This document shows positions 50,367 to 59,182 of a DNA stretch of 64,000 bases, one piece after another. The stretch's first letter is position 1. Each line of letters opens with the position of its first letter. Location of the stretch: positions 512,001 through 576,000 of the forward strand of contig CAVYQE010000011.1 in the NCBI GenBank assembly GCA_963770565.1, given 5' to 3'. The notes under the pieces were generated by a model. It had not been told where the DNA came from. It made no database searches and saw nothing but the letters and a program-made list of their open reading frames with translations. A program made the translations under genes and the position numbers. The stretch is from an uncultured Actinomycetota bacterium. Its GTDB lineage: Bacteria > Actinomycetota > Actinomycetes > JAFAQI01.

Positions 50367-51260
50367 TCAGACGTGAGAGGGCAGTACGACGGTGACCACC
50401 GTGGGGCCGCCGGCCGGACTTTCGACCTGCAGCCTGCCATCAACTGTCTTGACCCGCTCTGCGAGACCGGCCAGGCCTCCGCCGGGCTCGAGCCGGGCGC
50501 CGCCGGGTCCTTCGTCGCTGACCCGCATCGTCACCAGGCCGGCGTGGTTGAGCACCTCCACCTTGGTATGCTGGGCACCGCTGTGCTTCGCGGCGTTCGT
50601 GAGCAGTTCGGCAGCGCAGAAGTAAGCCATCGTCTCGATGGCAGCGGACGGACGCTCCGGCAGGCCGACGACCAGTTCGACTGGCAGGTCGCTGCGTGCC
50701 ACGAGGCCGGCGAGGGCGGCACCGAGGCCTTCGTCCAGGGCCGGCGGATGGATACCTCTGGCCAGGTCACGCAGTTCGGTGATCGCCTCCATCGCGCCGC
50801 GGCGGGCCGCGGTCACCAGTTCCAGGACCCGGTCGAGATCGGCGCCCCCTGGCCTGGCCGCCGAGGTGTTGAGATGGTCCTGAGCGAGCCCCAGCTTCAT
50901 GACGACAGCGACCATCTGGGCTTGGGCTCCGTCGTGCAGATCCTGCCCGATGCGGCGTAACAGGGCTGCCGCGTCGTCCACCACGACAGCTCGGGATCGT
51001 TGCAGCTCGCGCACGCGCTCGACGTTCTTGGGGGCATCCCGGAGTAGGTTCCAGCGCGGCACCAGGTAGGCGAGCGAGCCGTTCAGCCCGGCCGGCACGA
51101 ACAGGAACACCCCCCACCACTGACCCAAGGCCAGCAACACCGCCCCCCAGACCACGAAACAGACCGCGGCAACCCAGCGCGCGACTGCCACGCCTTTGAC
51201 ATGACGCGCCCCGAACGCCGTGAAGGTGCCCCTGGTGGCCGATGGACCCGCCTCGGTCAT
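50367..51260 (-). CDS. HisKA_3 sensor histidine kinase
   Basis: QDLHDGAQ, ARGIHPPAL, ELLTNAAKHS, DEGPGGA, GGLAGLAERV; two N-terminal TM segments. Confidence 0.9.
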   Translation of the reverse strand: MTEAGPSATRGTFTAFGARHVKGVAVARWVAAVCFVVWGAVLLALGQWWGVFLFVPAGLNGSLAYLVPRWNLLRDAPKNVERVRELQRSRAVVVDDAAALLRRIGQDLHDGAQAQMVAVVMKLGLAQDHLNTSAARPGGADLDRVLELVTAARRGAMEAITELRDLARGIHPPALDEGLGAALAGLVARSDLPVELVVGLPERPSAAIETMAYFCAAELLTNAAKHSGAQHTKVEVLNHAGLVTMRVSDEGPGGARLEPGGGLAGLAERVKTVDGRLQVESPAGGPTVVTVVLPSHV

Positions 51261-51506
51261 ATCGAGACCTACGTCGAGAGGTTGGCGTTCTTGGGGGCAT
51301 CCCGGAGCAGGTTCCAGCGCGGCACCAGGTAGGCGAGCGAGCCGTTCAGCCCGGCCGGCACGAACAGGAACACCCCCCACCACTGACCCAAGGCCAGCAA
51401 CACCGCCCCCCAGACCACGAAACAGACCGCGGCAACCCAGCGCGCGACTGCCACGCCCTTGACATGACGCGCCCCGAACGCCGTGAAGGTGCCTCTGGTT
51501 GCTGAT
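51023..51506. repeat. 221-bp direct duplication (51023-51243 / 51286-51506)
   Basis: Five mismatches, all at synonymous third codon positions. Confidence 0.95.
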
Positions 51507-51550
51507 AGAGCGACGTCGGTCGGTCGCTGATGTTCACTCATGTCGGGCAT
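51269..51550 (-). CDS. Small two-TM membrane protein identical to the kinase N-terminal domain
   Basis: Strong RBS AAAGGAGG; 93 aa, of which 73 are identical to the kinase. Confidence 0.8.
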   Translation of the reverse strand: MPDMSEHQRPTDVALSATRGTFTAFGARHVKGVAVARWVAAVCFVVWGAVLLALGQWWGVFLFVPAGLNGSLAYLVPRWNLLRDAPKNANLST

Positions 51551-51630
51551 CGGACTGCCTCCTTTGATCTTCGGCATCGACCACCTTGGTCGTCCACGGT
51601 TCGATCTTCGTCCCCAACGAGCCACAGATT

Positions 51631-51674
51631 CCACCGTGCGAGCACCCGAATCCGGGGTACGGCTAGCACGGTGG
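51631..51674. promoter_or_regulatory. Inverted repeat, candidate response-regulator operator
   Basis: CCACCGTGC (51631) ... GCACGGTGG (51666) upstream of the three-gene operon. Confidence 0.4.
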
Positions 51675-51840
51675 TCATCGCCTGACATAAGCATCGAACC
51701 GGGAAGTGCGCCCGCCCATTTACACCGGCTTCCGGACGCTGCCGCCAGACCGATCGGTCAGTGAATGCCGTTCTAGGGCACTTGAACTGACGCTCTGATG
51801 GGTTGTTGGGCCTGGGATGAGCGCCGGAGTCCGGATCGAG

Positions 51841-52539
51841 TCAGTGGGGCTCGCTGACCGCCTCGGTCTCGAAGCGGTAGCCCATCCCCGTCTCGGTCAG
51901 CAGGTAGCGCGGGCGCGAGGGGTCGGGTTCGAGCTTGCGCCGCAGCTGCGCGACGTACACCCGCAGGTAGTTGACCTCGGTGGAGTACGCCGGGCCCCAG
52001 ACGTCGTGCAGCAGCTGGCGCTGCGTGACCAGCTTGCCGGGATTGCGGACCAGCACCTCGAGCAGCTGCCACTGCGTCGGCGTGAGTTTGATCTCGCCGT
52101 CCGAGCGGGTCCGCACTCGCTTGGCGGCGAGGTCGATGGTGAAGTCGTCAGTGGTGATCACCGGCGCGTCCTGGGCCGGCGCGGCCCGCCGGACCGCCGC
52201 GCGCAGTCGCGCGAGCAGCTCGTCCATCCCGAACGGCTTGGTGACGTAGTCGTCGGCACCGGCGTCGAGGGCGGCGACCTTGGTTACCTCGTTCTCGCGT
52301 GCCGACAAGACGATGATCGGTGCACTCGACCAGCCGCGAATGCCGCGAATCACCTCGGCTCCATCCATGTCGGGCAGGCCGAGGTCGACGATCACGACGT
52401 CCGGCCGCTCGCGGGCGACCGTGGCGAGCCCGCTGATCCCGTCACTTGCGGTCTTCACGTCGTACGAGCGGGCGGTGAGGTTGATCCGGAGGGCGCGGCA
52501 GATCGCGGCATCGTCGTCGATCACGACCACCTTGGTCAC
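51841..52539 (-). CDS. kdpE: KdpE-like OmpR family response regulator
   Basis: DLGLPDMDG, KVAALDAGADDYVTKPF, YLRVYVAQLRRKLEPDPSRPRYLLTE. Confidence 0.88.
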   Translation of the reverse strand: MTKVVVIDDDAAICRALRINLTARSYDVKTASDGISGLATVARERPDVVIVDLGLPDMDGAEVIRGIRGWSSAPIIVLSARENEVTKVAALDAGADDYVTKPFGMDELLARLRAAVRRAAPAQDAPVITTDDFTIDLAAKRVRTRSDGEIKLTPTQWQLLEVLVRNPGKLVTQRQLLHDVWGPAYSTEVNYLRVYVAQLRRKLEPDPSRPRYLLTETGMGYRFETEAVSEPH

Positions 52540-54362
52540 GACTGTGACCGGGGCGCCTCGGCGTTGGCGACGGTGGCAGCGGCCGGCAGGGAAATCGTCA
52601 TGGTGAGCCCGCCGCCCGGCGTCTCGCTGGCCTCCAGCGTGCCGCCCATCACCTCGACGAACCCGCGTGCGACGGCGAGCCCGAGGCCGATGCCGGTCGC
52701 CGTGTCGTGGTCGCCGAGTCGCTGGAACGGCTCGAACATGGTCTGGCGCTGCGAGGCGATGACGCCCGGCCCGTGGTCGACGACCGTGATGAGGACACCA
52801 TCCGGTCCGGACCGGGCCCGCAGCATCGGCGGGCGCTGAGGCGGGGAGTAGCGCAGCGCGTTGCTGAGCAGGTTGGCCACCGCGCGCTCGAGCAGCCCGG
52901 CGTCCGCACGCAGCAGGGGCAGGCCCTCCGGGATGTCGAGTCGCACGGTGTTGGCGCCGTGCAGGCCGTGCAGGGCCAGCGGGGCAACCTCCTCAACCGC
53001 GACCGGCTGCACGAACGGCTGCAGCGCGCCGGTCTGCAGCCGGCTCATGTCGAGCAGGTTGGCGATCAGTACGTCGAGCCGGTCGGTGGAGTCCTCCACG
53101 GTGGCGAGCAGCTCGCGCTCGTCGTCGTCCGAGTAGGCGACGTCGGGCTGGCGCAGGCTGCTGATGCTGGCCTTGATCGATGCGAGCGGCGTCCGTAGGT
53201 CGTGGCTGACCGCCGCGAGCAATGCAGTCCGCATCCGGTTGCCGGCCTCGAGCGCCTCGGTCTGAGACGCCTGCGTCCGCAGTCGATCGCGGTCGAGTGC
53301 GGCGGCCGCGAGGCGGGCGGCGGCTTCGAGCAGCGCGGGCGCAACCTCGCCGATGTTGTCGCCGACGATCAGGCGCAGATCGCTTCGGACCACGAACGTG
53401 CGAGCGGTCTCGGCATTGACGTCGCCGGTATCGGCGATCCGCACCCACCGGTCGCCGACCCGTTCCTGCAGCTCGGCGGTCACACCGAGGTGGTCGTGCA
53501 GGTGCTGGAGGACCGAGGTTGGGGTGTCGTTGGCGCCGAGCACGGTGCGGGCGAGCCCGAGCAGCGCCTGGGCTTCTCCGGCGCTCTGGCTGGCCAGCGT
53601 GGCCCGCCGTGCGGCCACGTGGACGACGCTGGACACGCTCATCGCGACCAGGATGAACAGCAGCAGCGCGAGCAGGTTGCGCGGTTCCTCGATGGTCAGC
53701 GTGTGAACCGGGGGGGTGAAGAACCAGTTCAGGCAGAGGCTCGCGGCCGCGGCGGCGAGCACCGCCGGCCCGAACCCGCCGATGACCGCGACCGCGACGA
53801 CCGCGAGCAGGTAGATCAGCAGGTCGTCGGCAAGGTTGAGGTCGCTCTGGATCAGCGAGAGGAGGAGGGTGAGCAGGCTCAGCATGACGACCCCGACCGC
53901 GATACCCAGTCGGCGACGGCGCCCGTCAACCGCCGCGACGAAGTCCGTGATGGACGGTCGGCGCGGCTCGCTCACCACGTCGGTTGGCGGGACCACGTCC
54001 TCCAGTGTGATCCCAAATCCTCTCGACGTCGCGCCGGCACCCAGACCGATCGCCGCCGCGGTCACGAGCACGATCGCTCCGAGCGCAACCGGGCGGTGGT
54101 GAGCGGTGAGGACGGCGTACGGCGCGTTGGCGAATGCGATTGCCGTCATCCAGCCGATCCCCGTGACCGCCGCGGTCGCCGACAGGTTCGAAACCGCTCC
54201 GGTCGCGGCCACGATCACCGCGCAGCCGGCGAGGACACCGCTGCTCGGCAACCCGCCGTGCAGGCCGGCCGCGAGGGCGCCGAGGCACAACAGGGCCGAG
54301 GACGCGATCGGGAGCACGAGGTGGGCAGGAGCGCGCCTTAGCAGTGCCCGCTCGGTGTCCAT
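52536..54362 (-). CDS. KdpD-like sensor kinase (DUF4118 + HisKA + HATPase) lacking the N-terminal KdpD/USP domains
   Basis: NWFFTPPVHTLTI, ALLAAVSHDLRTPLASIKA, NALRY, DHGPG, GIGLGLA. Confidence 0.85.
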   Translation of the reverse strand: MDTERALLRRAPAHLVLPIASSALLCLGALAAGLHGGLPSSGVLAGCAVIVAATGAVSNLSATAAVTGIGWMTAIAFANAPYAVLTAHHRPVALGAIVLVTAAAIGLGAGATSRGFGITLEDVVPPTDVVSEPRRPSITDFVAAVDGRRRRLGIAVGVVMLSLLTLLLSLIQSDLNLADDLLIYLLAVVAVAVIGGFGPAVLAAAAASLCLNWFFTPPVHTLTIEEPRNLLALLLFILVAMSVSSVVHVAARRATLASQSAGEAQALLGLARTVLGANDTPTSVLQHLHDHLGVTAELQERVGDRWVRIADTGDVNAETARTFVVRSDLRLIVGDNIGEVAPALLEAAARLAAAALDRDRLRTQASQTEALEAGNRMRTALLAAVSHDLRTPLASIKASISSLRQPDVAYSDDDERELLATVEDSTDRLDVLIANLLDMSRLQTGALQPFVQPVAVEEVAPLALHGLHGANTVRLDIPEGLPLLRADAGLLERAVANLLSNALRYSPPQRPPMLRARSGPDGVLITVVDHGPGVIASQRQTMFEPFQRLGDHDTATGIGLGLAVARGFVEVMGGTLEASETPGGGLTMTISLPAAATVANAEAPRSQS

Positions 54363-54403
54363 GACATCGAGGACACGCCCCCAACGCGCGCAAAGCCAGG
54401 ATT

Positions 54404-54453
54404 TTCACACTTTCTTCACGCCTCTCCAGCGGGTCTTGACGCTGCCTTGACGC
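54404..54453. promoter_or_regulatory. Candidate KdpE-type direct repeats
   Basis: TTCACAC / TTCACGC / TTGACGC / TTGACGC at 54404, 54415, 54436, 54447; TACCGT -10 at 54473. Confidence 0.55.
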
Positions 54454-54484
54454 GGGAAGGCCTCGTCCGCTCTACCGTCGAGGC

Positions 54485-56893
54485 GTGGATGACGCGGCTC
54501 GGCCGTTGCCGATCGACGTCGACTTGCCGGAACGCCTCAGCTACCGGATCAAGCGACGCCTGCTTGGCCTGCCGCTGGTGACCGACAAGCTCGCCGAACA
54601 ACGGTTGCCGAATCCGGTCGCCTTCGGGGTCTTGTCACCGGACTGCATCTCGTCCTCGGCGTACGGCACCGAGGAGATCCTGATCGAACTGTTGCCCTAC
54701 GCGGGCATGGCCGCCTTCGCACTAGTGCTTCCGATCACGGCGGTGATTCTCGGGATCCTGCTCCTGCTGCTGTTCAGCTACCGGCAAGTCTTGACGGTCT
54801 ACACCAAGGCCGGTGGGTCGTATGTGGTCGCGCGGGACAACTTCGGCCCGCGGGTCGCGCAGATTGCTGCGGTAGCGCTCCTCATCGACTACGTCGTCAC
54901 GGTCGCCATCCAGACCGCCGCCGGCTCGGCGGCTGTGGTGTCCGCGGTTCCATCGATTGGTCGGTTGTTCGGCCATCACGGCACTATCGTGCTGACCTTG
55001 GCGGTGGTTGCGCTGCTGTTCTACGGCAACCTGCGCGGGATCCGGGAAGCGGGTCGGGCCTTTGCCTTCCCGCTCTACTTCTTCATCATGATGGCCGGGT
55101 TGACCGTCCTCGTGTGCGTCGCCCGGGAGATCACCGGACACCTCACGATTATTGACCCGCACTCGCTGCATGGCGTTTACCAGATCCGGAAGCGCGGCGG
55201 GTTCATCGAGGGTGCCACCCTGATCGTGGTGTTGCGCTCGTTCGCCAACGGTGGATCATCGCTGACCGGGTTCGAAGCGATCAGCAACGGCGTAAGTGCC
55301 TTCCGGCCGCCGGAGGGCCCCAATGCTCGCAAGGTGCTCTTGGTGATGGCGTGCACCCTCGGCTTCCTCGTCGGCGGGGTGTCGTGGGTGGCGCACGTTA
55401 CGCATGCGACGCCGTACCTGAGTGGTACGCCCACGGTGATCAGCCAGGAAGCCCGCCTCGCGTTCGGCCACAGCGCGATCGGTTCCCTCCTGTTCTACTT
55501 GATGCAAACTGCAAGCGCCCTGATCCTCTACACCGGCGCGAACACCAGCTTCAACGGCTTCCCGTTCCTCGCGAACTTTGTCGCCGAGGATCGCTTCCTT
55601 CCCCGCCAACTCACCCGGCGTGGCCACCGGTTGGTGTTCAGCAACGCGATTGTCGTGCTGACCCTGATTTCAGGCCTCCTGTTGCTGATCACCGGGGCAA
55701 AGGTCAACAACTTAGTGCCGTTCTACGCAATCGGGGTGTTCACCGGATTCGCGATGGCGGGTTTCGGGATGGCAAAGCACTACTCGAGAACCCGCGACGG
55801 TCGCTGGCGGCGAAGTATCGCGATCAACATGGCCTCCGGGATCGTCTCGACCATTGTGGTCGGGATCTTCGCGATCGCGAAGTTCACCGAGGGCGCCTGG
55901 GTCGTGGTGATCGTCTTCCCGGTGATGGTATTCGTGCTGATCCGGCTCAACCGCGAGTATCGGGAGGAGGCCGAGGCGCTCGGCTCGATCACGCCCGAGG
56001 TGCTGTCGTGCCCACCCAACTTCTCCCGGCACGTCGTACTGATCTTCGTCAACGAGCTCGACCTCGCGGTGATCGGTGCGCTTCGTTATGGGCAGACGCT
56101 CAAAGCGACTGAGCTGCGGGCCGTGCACTTTGCATTGGACACGGCGGCCGCGACCGCGCTCGATCGGCAGTGGGAGCAGACCGCCCAGAGCGTCGTGCTC
56201 GAGATTGTCGATGTCCCCGACCGGCGGCTCGGGCGGGCCGCACTCGAGCTTGTGATGCGCGAGACGTCGGTGCCGGGCACGCACGTCACCGTCCTGCTGC
56301 CTCGCCGCGGCTTCTCACCGGCCTTCGGCCGGCTGCTCCACGACCGCACGGCCGACAAGATTGCAGCGGTGATCAGCCGGATCCCGAACGCGGCTGCCAC
56401 GATCGTGCCCTTCGACACCTCGAAGCCCGAGCAGGCGATGATGGCCGTCGGCGGCTTGGCCGTTGGCCGTCAGTCGAGGTCGGCCCGGGCAGCAGCTCGG
56501 GTATCGGGCCGGGGCTCGGTTCGGGCCAACGGCGCGGCGCACAATCGTAAGGGCGAGCCCGGGTCCGCGGCGCAACTCGACATCAACCGATTGCTCGGCA
56601 GCGACCTTTCGCCCGGCCCGGATGCGATCGGCAGCCTTGCTTCGCGCCAGCCCGCGACCATTCACGGGCGGATCCGAAGCGTGCGGATGCGGTCGGTCGC
56701 GGACACGCCGATGCTGGTGTGTGAGGTGGTCGACTCGACCGGCGGTCTGGAGTTGTTGTTCTACGGCCGCCGCTCGATTGCCGGCATGGTCGCCGGCGCC
56801 ACCATCAAGGCCACCGGCCGGACGTTGAGCCATCACGGCACGCTGGCGATGGCCAACCCCCGCTACCAGCTCAACCCCGAGTCACGGCACTAG
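54485..56893 (+). CDS. KimA-like APC potassium transporter fused to a C-terminal OB-fold domain
   Basis: SPDCISSSAYGTEE, SYRQV..GGSY, DYVVTVA, LTGFEAISNGV, FSNAI, KFTEGAW; C-terminal ATIHGRIRSV..DSTGGLELLFYGRRSIAG..MANPRYQL. Confidence 0.88.
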   Translation: MDDAARPLPIDVDLPERLSYRIKRRLLGLPLVTDKLAEQRLPNPVAFGVLSPDCISSSAYGTEEILIELLPYAGMAAFALVLPITAVILGILLLLLFSYRQVLTVYTKAGGSYVVARDNFGPRVAQIAAVALLIDYVVTVAIQTAAGSAAVVSAVPSIGRLFGHHGTIVLTLAVVALLFYGNLRGIREAGRAFAFPLYFFIMMAGLTVLVCVAREITGHLTIIDPHSLHGVYQIRKRGGFIEGATLIVVLRSFANGGSSLTGFEAISNGVSAFRPPEGPNARKVLLVMACTLGFLVGGVSWVAHVTHATPYLSGTPTVISQEARLAFGHSAIGSLLFYLMQTASALILYTGANTSFNGFPFLANFVAEDRFLPRQLTRRGHRLVFSNAIVVLTLISGLLLLITGAKVNNLVPFYAIGVFTGFAMAGFGMAKHYSRTRDGRWRRSIAINMASGIVSTIVVGIFAIAKFTEGAWVVVIVFPVMVFVLIRLNREYREEAEALGSITPEVLSCPPNFSRHVVLIFVNELDLAVIGALRYGQTLKATELRAVHFALDTAAATALDRQWEQTAQSVVLEIVDVPDRRLGRAALELVMRETSVPGTHVTVLLPRRGFSPAFGRLLHDRTADKIAAVISRIPNAAATIVPFDTSKPEQAMMAVGGLAVGRQSRSARAAARVSGRGSVRANGAAHNRKGEPGSAAQLDINRLLGSDLSPGPDAIGSLASRQPATIHGRIRSVRMRSVADTPMLVCEVVDSTGGLELLFYGRRSIAGMVAGATIKATGRTLSHHGTLAMANPRYQLNPESRH

Positions 56894-57732
56894 CAAGCTT
56901 GGTAGACGTAACCTTTCGTTCCGCGCGGTACGACGTCACGGTCGCGCAGGATGACCGAGATCTGTGCTCCGCGTCTCGTGCACGCGGTCTGGTAGGCGGC
57001 CCGGCCGTTGTCGGTGTACTCGATCTCGTAGACCTCGTCGCCGTAGGTCTTCAGATAGAAGCTGCACTCGTCGTAGACCTGGCATTCCTCGGCGATCGCG
57101 AAGTCGAAGTGGACCGTGCGGCGCAGGTGGTTGCTCTGCTCGGCGTCGTTCTTCTGCGCCATCGCCAGGCCGTCCGTGTGGCCCTGGGCGACCAGCAGCT
57201 TGGCAAACGCGAAGTCATCCGCCTGGCTGAGCAGGCCGTGCGAGCGGGTGTTGGAGTCGAGGTTGTCCGACTCCACCGCGGCGAACCCCTTGCTCTTGCA
57301 GCCGTGCAACCAGCCGGTCTCGATCTTGAGCAGGGCGCGTCGGTCGGCACTCGTTGACGTGTTCAGGATGATCTCGCCCGGCCAGCCCGGGTCCTCGATC
57401 AGCGCACCCTTCGCATTGCGCAGCAACAGCTTCGGATGGTGCCGCTTCCACCACCCGTCGTTCTCAGGCTGGGTCTGGAAGGCGTTGATGTAGCAGATGT
57501 TGTAGACCCCCGACGCCGGCTTCGAGGTGCGGTCACGATCCACGATCCGCACCGACGGCAGCGGCTTGTACGACCCGCCGAGCTGGTAGTCGAACCGACC
57601 GTTGGCTGGCGGAAGGCGCACCTTGGGCGTGATCGCCGGTCGGGTCGCAGCCGAGCTGCCGACCGATGTTGAACCGACGATCGCGGCGATGACGGCACCG
57701 GCGACGATCATCGATCGCCACGGTGCACGCAT
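56890..57732 (-). CDS. Secreted GH114 endo-alpha-1,4-polygalactosaminidase
   Basis: FDYQLGG, ICYINAFQTQP, GFAAVESDNLDS, AQKN, FDFAIAEEC, IEY; signal peptide. Confidence 0.85.
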   Translation of the reverse strand: MRAPWRSMIVAGAVIAAIVGSTSVGSSAATRPAITPKVRLPPANGRFDYQLGGSYKPLPSVRIVDRDRTSKPASGVYNICYINAFQTQPENDGWWKRHHPKLLLRNAKGALIEDPGWPGEIILNTSTSADRRALLKIETGWLHGCKSKGFAAVESDNLDSNTRSHGLLSQADDFAFAKLLVAQGHTDGLAMAQKNDAEQSNHLRRTVHFDFAIAEECQVYDECSFYLKTYGDEVYEIEYTDNGRAAYQTACTRRGAQISVILRDRDVVPRGTKGYVYQAC

Positions 57733-57734
57733 CG

Positions 57735-58349
57735 CTACTCTCCCAGTCGGATGATCTGGTCGCAGGTCTCGGCCACCGAGTCGTCGTGAGTCGAGAGTAC
57801 GACGATGCTGCCTGAGCGGGTGGCTTCGTGCAGCACATTCACGGCGTGCTCGCGGCTGTCGTGGTCGAGCTCGCTGGTCGGCTCGTCGGCGACGATCAGT
57901 GCCGGGCGCGGCGCGACCGCCCGGGCAACCGCAACCCGCTGGCGTTGCCCGCCGGACAACCGGGTCGACTCGCGGTCGGCGATCCCGACGAGTGACAGCT
58001 CGGCCATCAGCTCGGCGACTCGCTCGCGAATGTCTTCGGCCTCCCAGCCGATCGCCTGCAGCGGCAGGCTGATGTTCTCTGCCACGGTGAGGGTCGAGGC
58101 GAGCAGCACCGGCTCGGTGACGACGCCGATCTCGCCGCGGCCCACCCGGCGTACGTCGTTGCCGTCGAGGGCGATGACGCCGCCGGTCGGTGCGACCAGG
58201 CCGGCGATCGCCATCAGTACCGAGGTCTTGCCCGCACCGCTCGGCCCGACCACCGCCAAGCTGGCCCCAGGCGGCAGGTCGAGGTCGGTCGGCGGCAACA
58301 GGGTGCGCTCGCCGACCGCGACGTGCAGCGCACGACAGGTGAGGGTCAC
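57735..58349 (-). CDS. ABC transporter ATP-binding protein
   Basis: GPSGAGKT, LSGGQRQR, ADEPT, STHD. Confidence 0.9.
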   Translation of the reverse strand: MTLTCRALHVAVGERTLLPPTDLDLPPGASLAVVGPSGAGKTSVLMAIAGLVAPTGGVIALDGNDVRRVGRGEIGVVTEPVLLASTLTVAENISLPLQAIGWEAEDIRERVAELMAELSLVGIADRESTRLSGGQRQRVAVARAVAPRPALIVADEPTSELDHDSREHAVNVLHEATRSGSIVVLSTHDDSVAETCDQIIRLGE

Positions 58350-59182
58350 GGCCGCCTGCCCTCGTCGTCGTACGGCCTGAGCAGGATGCCTTCGCTGGTG
58401 ATCTCCACCCGGGCATAGTGGCCGGGGGGCAGCACCTCGAGCGCCTCGCCGGACAGCGCGATCGAGCCGTCCGCGCCGACGACCGCGAGCTGGGTGCCGT
58501 CACGTCCTTCGGCGCCGACCCGCCCGTCCCGCATCGACAGGGTTCGCTCGAAGGAGCCGGCGACGACCGGGTCGTGGGTGACCACCACCAGCGTGCTGCC
58601 GGTGCGCGCGACCGCGGCGTGCAGCGTCGTGATCACGACGTCGCGTTCGGCCGGATCGAGCCGGCTGGTCGGCTCGTCCACGAGCAGCAGCCCCGGTCGC
58701 CGCGCCATGACGACCGCAAGGGCGAGCCGCTGCAGCTGGCCGGCCGAGAGCTCGCGGGCCGGCCGGTCGGCCACCTCGTCGAGCGCGAAGTCCGACAGCG
58801 TGGTCGCCGGGTCGGGCGCGCCGGCATTCTCCAGGGCGAGTCGCGGGCTGGCGTAGGGGAGCAGCGCCCGGCTCGGCTCCTGCAGGAGGAGCGCTACGGT
58901 CTCGGCCCGCAGTCGCCGCCCGGCGAGCGGGTCGGCGGTGAGGTCGTGGTCGCCGACGACGAGCCGACCGGTCGACGGCCGTTGCAGCCCGGCCAGCAGG
59001 CTCATCAGGGTCGACTTGCCGCAGCCGGACGGTCCGAGCAGGGCGATCGACGTACCCGCCGGGATGGTCAGGTCGACGTCGCGGAGCGCGACGACCTGCT
59101 CGTCGCCGGTCTGGTAGAGGTGGGTGATCCGCTCGCAGACGACCGCGACACCGAGGGATGTGGTGAGCATCTCGGTGGTCAT
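58346..59182 (-). CDS. ABC transporter ATP-binding protein
   Basis: GPSGCGKS, LSAGQLQR, VDEPT, VTHD. Confidence 0.9.
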   Translation of the reverse strand: MTTEMLTTSLGVAVVCERITHLYQTGDEQVVALRDVDLTIPAGTSIALLGPSGCGKSTLMSLLAGLQRPSTGRLVVGDHDLTADPLAGRRLRAETVALLLQEPSRALLPYASPRLALENAGAPDPATTLSDFALDEVADRPARELSAGQLQRLALAVVMARRPGLLLVDEPTSRLDPAERDVVITTLHAAVARTGSTLVVVTHDPVVAGSFERTLSMRDGRVGAEGRDGTQLAVVGADGSIALSGEALEVLPPGHYARVEITSEGILLRPYDDEGRRP

